A stretch of 64,000 nucleotides of DNA from a virus, in UHGV virus genome UHGV-0212524; one strand, 5' to 3'. The notes beneath the pieces are model-generated. The model ran no database searches and was not told the DNA's origin. It was given only the letters and a program-made list of their open reading frames with translations. How positions within the stretch are numbered: position 1 is the stretch's first letter; every line of letters starts with the position of its first letter. Below, piece by piece: positions 49,305 to 58,420 of this stretch. A program made the position numbers and the translations under genes.

Positions 49305-49613
49305 ATGGAAAGTAAAATCACGAACACATCAGCACCTGAGAACATTGTCAACTATATTCTCAGTGGCGGATTGTTAGAAGACAATAAAGAAACGTGCGAT
49401 AAACTCGTTTCTCAACTACTGCCGATTCGTTCAGAATACTGCGAAGTCGTTATCTTGGGTTCTGAGTATTGCGTACGTTCTTACTGTCGTCGTTTCGAAG
49501 CCTTACGTGTTCCACGTACGTTAGGTGGCGTGATACTCTTAGTCTCTAACTTTCACAATGCACACGTTCGTGTTGCAACCTGGATTGCTAACGGTGGTAA
49601 CAATGGTTTTTAA
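49305..49613 (+). CDS. hypothetical protein (102 aa)
   Basis: ORF. Confidence 0.5.
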   Translation: MESKITNTSAPENIVNYILSGGLLEDNKETCDKLVSQLLPIRSEYCEVVILGSEYCVRSYCRRFEALRVPRTLGGVILLVSNFHNAHVRVATWIANGGNNGF

Positions 49614-49911
49614 ATTGTTAGGTTTCGGAAAATGCAAAGAGTGTGCAAAGCACGAAGAATATATCAAGTTATTAGAAGAAACAGTTGAAACGCAAAAAGA
49701 ACTTATCTCTGAATACCGCGCGAAAACCGGTTCAGTGGAATATCTGACCATCCTTGTTTGTGCTATTGCTGAATTGGGTTGTGAGGGAAAATTACCTAAA
49801 GAAGAGATATTAAAATTATTAAAAGAAAAAACAGAGTTCTACCGTAAAGAAATTGATGATTATAAACGTGAAGTTATAAGAGCGAATTGGGAGGTTATTA
49901 ATGAAGCGTGA
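49603..49911 (+). CDS. hypothetical protein (102 aa, internal ATG start)
   Basis: ATG at 49603 with GGTGG RBS; CxxC near N-terminus (GKCKEC). Confidence 0.45.
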   Translation: MVFKLLGFGKCKECAKHEEYIKLLEETVETQKELISEYRAKTGSVEYLTILVCAIAELGCEGKLPKEEILKLLKEKTEFYRKEIDDYKREVIRANWEVINEA

Positions 49912-50182
49912 AACGGTTGTATTTCGTAGTAATGGTGATGTGGTTTTGTATCGTGGTAAGAAACGTATTCGTACGTTAGAATACCGAGAAGCAAAACGTT
50001 TTGTTGAAGAGTGTGCATGGTTAATGCATTACGAAGGGAACTATCGTGCTATCTTAGAAGCACCGCGTTTAGAACGTGCGGTTGCACAGATGGCGATAGG
50101 TAATCCTAAGAACTGTTACCTGGCACGTAAGCCAAAATACCTACAGCGGCTTTCGTTAGGTAGCTTTATTGCGGGGTTTTAA
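49901..50182 (+). CDS. hypothetical protein (93 aa)
   Basis: ORF. Confidence 0.5.
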   Translation: MKRETVVFRSNGDVVLYRGKKRIRTLEYREAKRFVEECAWLMHYEGNYRAILEAPRLERAVAQMAIGNPKNCYLARKPKYLQRLSLGSFIAGF

Positions 50183-50193
50183 TAAAAATAATT

Positions 50194-50218
50194 TCAGATA
50201 TATATTACCTAGGTGAGA
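50194..50218 (+). promoter_or_regulatory. conserved promoter-like motif TCAGATATATATTACCTAGGTGAGA
   Basis: contains TATATTAC; followed by inverted repeat GTGAGAG..CTCTCAC and CTTAACTAAA; upstream of gene 50265. Confidence 0.45.
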
Positions 50219-50264
50219 GTTCAGCTACTCTCACTTAACTAAAACCATTTTAGGAGCATATACC

Positions 50265-50759
50265 ATGAACTTCACTAGACTTGATTACACTAACGAATTA
50301 GTTGACAAAGAAAAATACAAATTCACCGTTGACTTGGGTTACGGATTACTGGACGTAGAAAAAGATGTTCTGCACAAAGAATTCCGTGAGCAGTTCGGTG
50401 CTTTGTTCTGCGCAGGTTTCCGCAGAAACACTATTGATATCGGTTACAGCGCAACAGCGTATACCGATGAAGAAATGTTTAAGCTGGTAACACAGATTAT
50501 CGGAACGCGTGGAGCTAATCGTCTTAATTATTCCAACGAACTTGTTTCGAAAGAGCATTACAAGTTCACCGTTAGACTACCTGCACACCTCACAGAAGAA
50601 GATAAGAACATCCTCTACAAAGCCCTCCAAACCGAATTCGGTAAATCGCTCAAAGTAGGGTTCCGTAGTCGTAGTATCGATATCGGAATTAGTGTGGATG
50701 TGTGTAGTGACGATGACCTTTACGAATTAGTTTCGGAAGTTATCGGAAAACATCTCTAA
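50265..50759 (+). CDS. hypothetical protein made of two tandem ~80-aa repeats (164 aa)
   Basis: LDYTNELVDKEKYKFTV...GFRRNTIDIGYS...FKLVTQIIG repeated as LNYSNELVSKEHYKFTV...GFRSRSIDIGIS...YELVSEVIG. Confidence 0.55.
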   Translation: MNFTRLDYTNELVDKEKYKFTVDLGYGLLDVEKDVLHKEFREQFGALFCAGFRRNTIDIGYSATAYTDEEMFKLVTQIIGTRGANRLNYSNELVSKEHYKFTVRLPAHLTEEDKNILYKALQTEFGKSLKVGFRSRSIDIGISVDVCSDDDLYELVSEVIGKHL

Positions 50760-50805
50760 ACCTAAATTAACACTTCGACTTGTAAATCTAAAAGGAAAAA
50801 TAAAA

Positions 50806-51570
50806 ATGAAAACTATCGAATTCAAAAACAGCAACGTACGCGAGCAAGGACACATTATCACGAGCTTCCTGAAAAATTCTACACCGCATTTAGCTTATCA
50901 ATTCTACGGGAACGAACTTAAGATTGCCGGTTTTGATGAAGTTGAATTAAATAGGGCAAACGAATTCATTACCGACGTTATTGCCGACGAAGCTACCTGT
51001 TTAGTTCTGAACTTTGTTAAACCTGGAGAAGACATAAAGTCTGCCGAGAAGTTATTTATGGCAGTTTCTGAGAAACTATACGGTATCGTTGAGGTTGATA
51101 GCAATAACTATATTGTTTATTTTAAGCATTCTCCAAAGAAAAACCTCACTAAACTCAGAGAGTTTTTTGAACACAACCCTTCATACTGCGTAGATCTTTA
51201 CACCCTCGCTTACGACGGAAAAGTACATCCTAACAACCTTATTCGTTATGACTATATTCCGCATGTACCGGGAAGATTCGAGGCTACGGAATGGTTCTTA
51301 TTACACAAAGATCGGATTGCTTATTACAATTACGAAGAGATCAAAGGAATTGTAGACAAAATCAATGACGACTACTTACAAACTCGCGAAATGTTTTGCG
51401 TGACTGTAAGAGCTAACGGATTAACTTCGTTCACTTGTGACAACCGCGTCGGTCGTCGCGTCTACGATCTGCTAATAAAGGAACTCGACAAACTTACTCC
51501 GGTAAAAGTTGGTGTTAACTATTTAAATTGGATAAAGGCAGGATTAATTGATGAAAACCCTAAATTCTGA
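50806..51570 (+). CDS. hypothetical protein (254 aa)
   Basis: ORF. Confidence 0.55.
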   Translation: MKTIEFKNSNVREQGHIITSFLKNSTPHLAYQFYGNELKIAGFDEVELNRANEFITDVIADEATCLVLNFVKPGEDIKSAEKLFMAVSEKLYGIVEVDSNNYIVYFKHSPKKNLTKLREFFEHNPSYCVDLYTLAYDGKVHPNNLIRYDYIPHVPGRFEATEWFLLHKDRIAYYNYEEIKGIVDKINDDYLQTREMFCVTVRANGLTSFTCDNRVGRRVYDLLIKELDKLTPVKVGVNYLNWIKAGLIDENPKF

Positions 51571-51979
51571 TTTGCGTGATTACATTCGTAAATACCCAGC
51601 CAGTATTCCGGTACTGGCTTCACTCTCTTTATCGGGTATGGACCTTAATACCTTAACGGTAGAAAAATTCCACGAAGTGGTGAAGTCGTCGTATCAAATT
51701 GTTACCGATATGTCAGTGCGGAAACGTGCTGACTACCCAGACGGCGATTTCGGTACAGAGATGTTCACAGACTACGCAGTTGCGTATCTGATGGGACGTC
51801 ACTTTATCGATAAACTCAATACGGCTGTAGAAGGAGAAACAGTCACGGAAATTGTTAATGCTTGGCAGCAACGTATTGTGAGTGACGCTTACTGTCGTCA
51901 AGCCTTAAAGAAAATGTCGGCGGTAGCATTAACCAATGACCAACGTGCTTTAGAGTTCCTTAAGCACAACTACGAATAA
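51548..51979 (+). CDS. hypothetical protein (143 aa), paralog of 53237..53668
   Basis: LNSDLRDYIRKYPASIPVLASL versus LKDDIRNYIRNNPIALGVLAGF; identical length. Confidence 0.5.
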   Translation: MMKTLNSDLRDYIRKYPASIPVLASLSLSGMDLNTLTVEKFHEVVKSSYQIVTDMSVRKRADYPDGDFGTEMFTDYAVAYLMGRHFIDKLNTAVEGETVTEIVNAWQQRIVSDAYCRQALKKMSAVALTNDQRALEFLKHNYE

Positions 51980-52000
51980 TTTACCAAAAGGAAAAGTACC

Positions 52001-53167
52001 ATGTTTAATATTGAGATTACACCGCTCGTTAAAACTGAAATCCGTCCGGTTCCTGAAGCACAGTTACTCGATCAACTTTATCGTATATTCCTGGATAAAG
52101 GTGTGCATTTCCGTGTAGAACAAGTCAACGATGAAAGCATCGTGTTCTACTGGACTCACAGCAACGATTACCTTTGCGACACTATCGCGGTGGAAATCGG
52201 TGAGTTGCTCAACCCGGTAGAAACAACCGAGACAGAGCAACCGAAAGTCGAAGAGCAGCAGAAAGACGAACCGCACGTCCTCTGGTACGAAGGCGAAAAG
52301 ATTAAGGATATTAAAGAGGCGTTAGAGACCTTCTATCCCGATGATTTAGGCATTTACTGGGATAACAGCAAACTCGTCGTTCGATTGAAGAATGACGATC
52401 GTAACCTCATGGAAGAAGTACGTTCTGTCGCTGAGCTGATCGATAACGACACCGTTCGACTTATTTCGTTTCAAGGTATCGGAAAAGGTGAAGCGGACGA
52501 ATTCATGCGTATAGTTGTTCACGAACACAAGGAGAAAATTCGCCAGTCTAATTATGCTGGCGATACTCTAACTGTGCTTGTTGATAATGACCCTGTTGTT
52601 ATTAATCAACTGAACATCTGTATGCGTAAGTTAACAAAGAAAATTTTTCTTAACCAACTCGAAGAAGGGGAGCAACCGCGTGAAGAGTCCGATGTGTTGA
52701 AAGCCTTTACATACACTGGTCCAGATGCCGAAGCGATTAATGACACTTTGACAGCATTCTATTCTACCAAGGTAGAGACCAAACTCGAGGGCGAAAAACT
52801 CACCTTTAAATGGAAATGGTGGAACATTGCTTTTGAAGAAGAAATTCATAGTCTCATTAATGAGATTGTTGACAACCGTCTACGTCTTCTAACAATCACT
52901 ACTATTGGGAAAGAAGATGCCGATACGTTTATGCGTGATATCACTCGTTGGTTTCCTGAGAAAGTCCGTCAGTGGACTTACAAAAACGATACACTTACCA
53001 TTCTACTCAACTATGAACCCGGTATTATTGGAAAGTTAAAAACTCATCTGCGTGACTTGTGGTCAGTTCGTTTTCTTAATAATAACGAGCACTTACTCGA
53101 CGCGTACTTTAGAGAAATATCTTCTGGCGTAGGTTGCAACTGCCCTAACTGTCAGAAGCATCGCTAA
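52001..53167 (+). CDS. hypothetical protein with internal repeated modules and C-terminal CxC..CxxC motif (388 aa)
   Basis: modules RLISFQGIGKGEADEFMRIVVHEHKEKIRQ and RLLTITTIGKEDADTFMRDITRWFPEKVRQ; C-terminal GVGCNCPNCQKH. Confidence 0.55.
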   Translation: MFNIEITPLVKTEIRPVPEAQLLDQLYRIFLDKGVHFRVEQVNDESIVFYWTHSNDYLCDTIAVEIGELLNPVETTETEQPKVEEQQKDEPHVLWYEGEKIKDIKEALETFYPDDLGIYWDNSKLVVRLKNDDRNLMEEVRSVAELIDNDTVRLISFQGIGKGEADEFMRIVVHEHKEKIRQSNYAGDTLTVLVDNDPVVINQLNICMRKLTKKIFLNQLEEGEQPREESDVLKAFTYTGPDAEAINDTLTAFYSTKVETKLEGEKLTFKWKWWNIAFEEEIHSLINEIVDNRLRLLTITTIGKEDADTFMRDITRWFPEKVRQWTYKNDTLTILLNYEPGIIGKLKTHLRDLWSVRFLNNNEHLLDAYFREISSGVGCNCPNCQKHR

Positions 53168-53184
53168 TTAACTAAAATCGTCCA

Positions 53185-53218
53185 AGGGGTGGTAAACCAC
53201 CCCTCTATTATTGTATTT
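53185..53218 (+). terminator. rho-independent terminator
   Basis: AGGGGTGG-TAAA-CCACCCCT hairpin followed by a T-rich tract. Confidence 0.7.
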
Positions 53219-53236
53219 ACCTAAAGGAGCATTAAA

Positions 53237-53668
53237 ATGTTTTTCGTATTAAAAGATGATATCCGTAACTACATTCGCAACAACCCGATTGCCCTGGGCG
53301 TTTTAGCAGGTTTCTGTCGTCCAAATACTGATTTCGATTTAGTTAAGTTAGAAGAATATCAGGAAATTGTGAATACTAACTACATGCACATCTGTAGCTG
53401 GGGTAAACGTCCTCGTGAAGAGTATCCCGCAGGTGAATTAGGCGACTCTATGCATCGTGACCAGAATCTGATGCACGAATTCGTTGAATACACACTGGAA
53501 AATCTTAACTATCCGCTTTTAGTCGACACTGTACCAGAAATGGTTGACGAGTGGTTAAGTCGTGTTTACAACGACCCTACTGCCAGCACTCTACTGAGTC
53601 AGATGTCGCAAACTTCTCGTGATATCGACACCCGGACCCTGATGTACCTAGCACACAACGTTCGCTAA
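53237..53668 (+). CDS. hypothetical protein (143 aa), paralog of 51548..51979
   Basis: shared N-terminal motif and length. Confidence 0.5.
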   Translation: MFFVLKDDIRNYIRNNPIALGVLAGFCRPNTDFDLVKLEEYQEIVNTNYMHICSWGKRPREEYPAGELGDSMHRDQNLMHEFVEYTLENLNYPLLVDTVPEMVDEWLSRVYNDPTASTLLSQMSQTSRDIDTRTLMYLAHNVR

Positions 53669-53674
53669 CCTCTC

Positions 53675-53735
53675 TCCGCTATAGGCTTCGGTCTATAGCG
53701 GAATTAATTTTCTTTCCCTTTTCTTTTTTGTTATT
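53675..53735 (+). terminator. rho-independent terminator
   Basis: CCGCTATAG-GCTTCGGT-CTATAGCGG hairpin plus extended T-rich tract. Confidence 0.75.
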
Positions 53736-53834
53736 TTGACGCTACTTTACTTACACCCTACCCGACTATTCCTATGCTGGCTGAGGGATGTAAAACGACC
53801 TCTTAAACCTTTTTACTTACTGTGAGTTAACGCG

Positions 53835-54683
53835 ATGTCTCTTACGTCAAAACAGAAACTGCTAAAACTCATCAACACTGAAAACAATATTAGTCCACCG
53901 TTGACTTTCAGTGATGTTGATATCGGAGAACCTACCGGTACTGGGGTTGATACCCAGGTGGTTCTGACCTCTAAACTCAAAGGCGATGAGTCTACTACTT
54001 TAACAGTGACTTACCACCGTCGTAATTTACCTGACTACTTAACCGGTGAGTTGGTATTCGGTAACGACAGTGTGGTAACCGCATCAGATTTGCTTAATGC
54101 GATCAACGCAAAATACAGCCTAAATATTTTACCCTCGGATATCGTTGACGCAAAAGTTGAAGGCGAAACCCATCAGCTTACCGCTAACGAGAAATCTTAC
54201 GAGTGGTGCGGTGTAGTAACGCTTACGCTGCATGATCCTATTGACCTGACTGAACTTTTACCAGTTACTCAATTAGAGAATCTGGTAGAGTATCCGTCCA
54301 CTAAGAAAGGTAACGCTGCGGTTTATTCACACCCGATTGATTTCACCGCAGAAAAAGATTACCTTGACCCGATTACTATCAACGACACCGTAGACTTGGT
54401 AGAGTTAGCCTCTAAACTGGATGGCGTCGTTGATGAGAAATGGGTAAGTGTACCTAAGAACGCGGCTAACAACCTGTACGGTGCTAAAGTTATTTACGAT
54501 GGTCCAACCGCAGGTTACGAAGGCGCAAATACGAAGTTCACTCGTGTGTTGGTGCTAACGCTCAGCCCGCTGTGTTCTAACCTGACCGGTAACCTGTTAA
54601 TTCACTTTAACGGTACCGATCGTCCGAAGTCGAAGATTGAATTAGCACAGACTAATCCGGTCTTACCGGGATTCTTAGATTAA
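53835..54683 (+). CDS. paralog-family protein (282 aa), probable virion protein
   Basis: TTLTVTYHRRNL and SDLLNAINAKYSLNILPSDI motifs shared with 54697, 35731, 45858. Confidence 0.55.
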   Translation: MSLTSKQKLLKLINTENNISPPLTFSDVDIGEPTGTGVDTQVVLTSKLKGDESTTLTVTYHRRNLPDYLTGELVFGNDSVVTASDLLNAINAKYSLNILPSDIVDAKVEGETHQLTANEKSYEWCGVVTLTLHDPIDLTELLPVTQLENLVEYPSTKKGNAAVYSHPIDFTAEKDYLDPITINDTVDLVELASKLDGVVDEKWVSVPKNAANNLYGAKVIYDGPTAGYEGANTKFTRVLVLTLSPLCSNLTGNLLIHFNGTDRPKSKIELAQTNPVLPGFLD

Positions 54684-54696
54684 GAGGATTACAGTA

Positions 54697-55176
54697 ATGA
54701 CCAATCAAGAAACTATCTTCGACCTTATTAAAAAGGCTAACCCGGACGCTGAGTTCGACACCACCAAAGTCACGCTGGGCGATCCGGTTGTGACCACCGG
54801 TACTTACAATACCGAAATCACAGTTGCGTCAATTAAGAATCTCGGTTACACTAACGAACAAACGTTCCAGTATAACCGCATTGACGCAGGTTTGTATTTC
54901 CTGAACGTATTACCGAAACTGTTGGTAGAATCTGCAACGACTACCGCTGACTTACTGCCCGTCATTAACGAGCAGTACAGCCTAACCCTTACAGAAGACG
55001 ACGTGTGGGTAGAACAGGTTGGTGAGTTACCGTTGGACGGTAGCGCAATCGAACACGGTATTTTCTTCCGTCCTGAGTGTCTGACTTGGGTCGGCGGTTT
55101 TACGGTGCGTGTTGCACGTAAACCGGCTGTTGAAACACCGCCAGCTAAGCCATCACGCGCTAAGAAGAAAAAATAA
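54697..55176 (+). CDS. paralog-family protein (159 aa) with basic C-terminal tail
   Basis: TFQYNRIDAG and ADLLPVINEQYSLTLTEDDV motifs; C-terminal SRAKKKK. Confidence 0.55.
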   Translation: MTNQETIFDLIKKANPDAEFDTTKVTLGDPVVTTGTYNTEITVASIKNLGYTNEQTFQYNRIDAGLYFLNVLPKLLVESATTTADLLPVINEQYSLTLTEDDVWVEQVGELPLDGSAIEHGIFFRPECLTWVGGFTVRVARKPAVETPPAKPSRAKKKK

Positions 55177-55179
55177 TTA

Positions 55180-55217
55180 CAGGGTGGGGGTAATCCCCAC
55201 CCTCTTTTCTTTTTTGT
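55180..55217 (+). terminator. rho-independent terminator
   Basis: AGGGTGGGG-GTAAT-CCCCACCCT hairpin plus T-tract. Confidence 0.8.
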
Positions 55218-55239
55218 GTAAAAGAGGAGTTAAACGAAA

Positions 55240-55830
55240 ATGGCTGAACGTTGGTCTAAAGAAGGTATCATTGAATCCAAAACCGATTTGGAAGGCGGGT
55301 ACGTCAACGACCCTGACGACTTAGGTGCAGAAACGAACCACGGTATCACGGTAACGACTGCACGTGAGTACGGTTACACAGGGAAGATGAAAGACCTTAC
55401 CCGTGCACAAGCATTCGATATCTACGATCGCGGTTGGTGGAAGAAGCTCAAACTTGATGAGATTTTCGCTATCTCACCGTTACTCGCGGACCGGATGTTT
55501 GATTTTGGTATTAACGCAGGTCGTGCCAACTGCGTGAAATCGCTACAGCGTATTCTCAACGTGTTGAACAACGAAGGTAAACTCTACGCGGACATCGATA
55601 CCGACGGCGGTATGGGGCCTAAAACGCTGGGCGCGTTGAACGCGTACCTGAAATATCGTAAAGATGAAGGGCTAAGCATTTTAATCTTTGCGTTAATCTC
55701 GCACCAAGTAACTTACTACACGGAAATCTCCGAAAAACGTAAGAGAAACGAGAAATACACCTACGGTTGGTACGGCCGCGTCTTCAGAGAAATGGCAGAT
55801 TATGCGGTAAAAGCGGGGTTAGTAAAATGA
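55240..55830 (+). CDS. endolysin, GH108-type muramidase with C-terminal peptidoglycan-binding domain
   Basis: N-terminal EGGYVNDPDDLGAETNHGIT matches the GH108 signature (EGGY..DP.D..G.T..GIT); C-terminal DTDGGMGPKTLGALNAYL resembles PG_binding_3; strong AAGAGGAG RBS. Confidence 0.7.
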   Translation: MAERWSKEGIIESKTDLEGGYVNDPDDLGAETNHGITVTTAREYGYTGKMKDLTRAQAFDIYDRGWWKKLKLDEIFAISPLLADRMFDFGINAGRANCVKSLQRILNVLNNEGKLYADIDTDGGMGPKTLGALNAYLKYRKDEGLSILIFALISHQVTYYTEISEKRKRNEKYTYGWYGRVFREMADYAVKAGLVK

Positions 55831-55931
55831 ACTGGTTTGCTAAACTCTTAGCGTTATTGTGGAAAGCGTTAACGTCTGGACGGAAACGTAAAGACGAAAA
55901 ACGTGGACAAGAGTTCTTCTGGTTTTTGTAA
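55827..55931 (+). CDS. small ORF (34 aa) overlapping the endolysin stop (ATGA); amphipathic/basic peptide, lysis-accessory candidate
   Basis: MNWFAKLLALLWKALTSGRKRKDEKRGQEFFWFL; not in the supplied ORF track because it is under 60 aa; speculative. Confidence 0.25.
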   Translation: MNWFAKLLALLWKALTSGRKRKDEKRGQEFFWFL

Positions 55932-55937
55932 GGAAAG

Positions 55938-56612
55938 GTGTGGGTAATGGAAAAGCTTCAATATAAACGTTTAGATAATAAGTGGTTTGTATTAACGGAG
56001 GATTACCATTATCCGTTTACGTTACGTGAGATTTATCACGACCACGTACACTTAGACCGTGCGGTTTATTTAACCGGTGTATTACCTGACACGCAACTGT
56101 GGTTAACCGCTCCGAAAGGGTTCGTTACCGATTTAGCGTCAATTCCTGAACACTTACAGGGAATTTTCCATCCTGACGGACCGTGGGCACCTGCGGCCTG
56201 CATTCACGACTTACTCTATCAAAAATGTAACACGGAGCGTAGCTATCCCATGACACCGGGTGGTAACGTTTCGCGTATTATCGATAAAGAGTTCTCTGAC
56301 TTAACATTCCTGCGTATTATGCAGTCGTTGGAAATCTCGCCGTATATCTGCCAAACATTTTATAAAGCCGTGGCGGGGTTCGGTTGGGATGCTTACGTAG
56401 ACCCTAACGCGAAGCCGTCTTATACCACTAACGATTACCGTACGTTAGATTACAATCGAAACTATTTGTTCGTTCGTGAGTTTAAGGAGCCTGCTATTCC
56501 TGACCACGAACGTGTTGATATCACCACAGGTTGTCCCGTTAATGTCAAATACTTGAACATCAAACGGGCTTTTCTGTCTGGGAGGGAAGATGTTTCATCC
56601 AAATCCGAGTAA
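55938..56612 (+). CDS. DUF1353-like phage protein candidate (224 aa)
   Basis: GFVTDLASIPEHL and AACIHDLLYQ resemble the TD.AS.P / HD.LY motifs I associate with DUF1353; from memory only. Confidence 0.35.
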   Translation: MWVMEKLQYKRLDNKWFVLTEDYHYPFTLREIYHDHVHLDRAVYLTGVLPDTQLWLTAPKGFVTDLASIPEHLQGIFHPDGPWAPAACIHDLLYQKCNTERSYPMTPGGNVSRIIDKEFSDLTFLRIMQSLEISPYICQTFYKAVAGFGWDAYVDPNAKPSYTTNDYRTLDYNRNYLFVREFKEPAIPDHERVDITTGCPVNVKYLNIKRAFLSGREDVSSKSE

Positions 56613-57105
56613 CTTTAAACTCAAAGAGTTAGTACCACAATCGTACATCGCCAAATACGGTGATTCTGCAATTCGGTTTATGAACCCGTTGTTAATGATT
56701 TCGCTACAACAGATTCGTAACCGTTTCGGCAGAATGGTGATTAACTCGTCTGCTGCGCAACAGCGTGGCCTAAGAACCTTAGACTTTTTCATCAACCAAG
56801 AAAAGCCTAAGGGTGGTAACTATAAACAACGTGCGTTACAACTCTACTCTGATTCAGGGAGTCAGCACAAGTTCGGTAATGCATTTGACGCAACACTGTT
56901 AGACTCAACGGTAAAACAAGTCCACGACTATATCGCCGCTAATCCTGACGAATTTCCGTTCATTCACTTTATCGAATGCGACATCAGTTGGTTACATATC
57001 GACGTTCGTAACCAACCGAATATCACGTTCTGGTCACCGAATCGCGGTACTGTGAAAGTCGTGAAACAAAGCCCTATCGATTGGAGCGCCTTAGTTAAAA
57101 TCTAA
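56590..57105 (+). CDS. peptidase M15-like (hedgehog/DD-peptidase fold) zinc peptidase, likely second cell-wall hydrolase
   Basis: SQHKFGNAFDAT fits the HxxGxAxD zinc-binding motif and WLHIDVR the distal His/Asp motif. Confidence 0.5.
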   Translation: MFHPNPSNFKLKELVPQSYIAKYGDSAIRFMNPLLMISLQQIRNRFGRMVINSSAAQQRGLRTLDFFINQEKPKGGNYKQRALQLYSDSGSQHKFGNAFDATLLDSTVKQVHDYIAANPDEFPFIHFIECDISWLHIDVRNQPNITFWSPNRGTVKVVKQSPIDWSALVKI

Positions 57106-57189
57106 GCGCATAATCCTTAACTTAGGGTGATTGTACATTATTTTGTATAAACTGTCTTAGAACGCATTCTAGAGCGTTTTACGGACAAA

Positions 57190-57230
57190 ATAAGCCTACC
57201 CTCCTGCTAAGCAGGAGGGTATTTATTATT
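57190..57230. terminator. bidirectional terminator between convergent genes
   Basis: ACCCTCCTGC-TAA-GCAGGAGGGT hairpin with A/T-rich flanks on both sides. Confidence 0.75.
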
Positions 57231-57705
57231 CTACCGGGTGCAACATAGTGCCGGTATCCGGAATGCTGCCTTCGTGACATCTGAAGAACGTTACACCTTT
57301 ACCTTCACCCGTTTTGTAGTTGACGGTAGAATACGCAAACGTTGGGGTTTTCGACAGTAACCCGTTTACACGGTAATAGCGCTCACCGGTAACAACGTTT
57401 AAGTTACCGTCCACCTTGCCTAACAGGTCTTTATAAAGTTGCGGAGATTCAATTTTACCTTCGTCCCATGTAGCGACCCAATTCGCCCCTGTATCCATGA
57501 CTAACACCGAAAGGGGCATCAGTTTTAGGCTAGACGGTACCGGTTTAAAATCGTCGAATTCTTGAGAAGCAGCTGTACAGGTGTAAATGACCATATCGTG
57601 TTGGTCAACAGGTACGGTGGAGAACTGACCTTCTGCGTTCGGCTGAATAGCACAACTTGCCAATGTCATTACAAAAGCAACGACCACGAGAATGCGTTTT
57701 AGCAT
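57226..57705 (-). CDS. lipoprotein (about 160 aa) on the opposite strand; superinfection-exclusion or lysis-associated candidate
   Basis: N-terminal MLKRILVVVAFVMTLASC with lipobox-like LASC; AAGGGTGAG RBS before the ATG at 57705; flanked by terminator and a divergent promoter region. Confidence 0.55.
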   Translation of the reverse strand: MLKRILVVVAFVMTLASCAIQPNAEGQFSTVPVDQHDMVIYTCTAASQEFDDFKPVPSSLKLMPLSVLVMDTGANWVATWDEGKIESPQLYKDLLGKVDGNLNVVTGERYYRVNGLLSKTPTFAYSTVNYKTGEGKGVTFFRCHEGSIPDTGTMLHPVE

Positions 57706-57843
57706 AATCTCACCCTTATTAAAATTAAGAAAAATTAATTTTTTCAGGTTAGCGCCTACTGCCAACCGTCATATCTATATTTTAGGAAATGTCTAAAATA
57801 ACATTCTTATGCAATCCACCCCTACCACTTACGAGGTAAAAAG

Positions 57844-58380
57844 ATGGCTAAAACCTTCAAACTGCAGTTCGTCGAAGCTGTAATTGCTAAAAACCCAGGA
57901 ACCGCTTCTAATCTGACGGTTGATGATGTCGATTTTGGTGCTGTCGAAGCGCACAGCGGTACCGGTGGTCGTAACACCAAAATTACGCTGACCGCCAAGG
58001 CAGAAAGCCAGAACTTCAAAGGCGAGAAAGAATTCCACTACATTCGTCTGGCTTCTCAAGACCTGATCGGTGCCAAAGCTTACGAAAAAGCCGGTAGCCT
58101 CGATCTGGAAAACTCTGCCATTGTAACCAAACTGAACGAAGAAATGGTTACTAAAGGTTATGTCGATGACTATTTCGCTGAAAGCGAACTGACCATTGAG
58201 AAAACTGACGGGGATAGTGGTGCTAAAGTTTACACTGTCAAAGTAAACGATGCACACATTAAATTCCTGGCTGGTACTATTGCCACCTTCACTTATTCCA
58301 ACCCAGCTCCTGAGAAGGTAGCGCTGAGCGGTCTGGAAGGTGAACTTGATGGCTTCACTGCACCGGGTGTCGGTGGCTAA
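57844..58380 (+). CDS. paralog-family protein (178 aa), probably abundant virion protein
   Basis: optimal-codon bias; NTKITLTAKAESQNFKGEKEFHYIRL and C-terminal ELDGFTA shared with 58450..58980. Confidence 0.6.
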   Translation: MAKTFKLQFVEAVIAKNPGTASNLTVDDVDFGAVEAHSGTGGRNTKITLTAKAESQNFKGEKEFHYIRLASQDLIGAKAYEKAGSLDLENSAIVTKLNEEMVTKGYVDDYFAESELTIEKTDGDSGAKVYTVKVNDAHIKFLAGTIATFTYSNPAPEKVALSGLEGELDGFTAPGVGG

Positions 58381-58388
58381 GTAAGTTA

Positions 58389-58420
58389 AATCGGGGGGGG
58401 TGACCTCCCCCGATATTTCT
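58389..58420 (+). terminator. terminator hairpin containing a G8 run
   Basis: ATCGGGGGGGG-TGACC-TCCCCCGAT hairpin. Confidence 0.6.

Noticed and set aside
58389-58405. G8 run at 58393-58400 as a second phase-variable homopolymer
   Set aside because: Here the G-run pairs with a downstream C5 run to form a terminator hairpin, so it is more simply explained as stem sequence, although it shares the AATCGGGGGG..TGA context with the 45653 tract.
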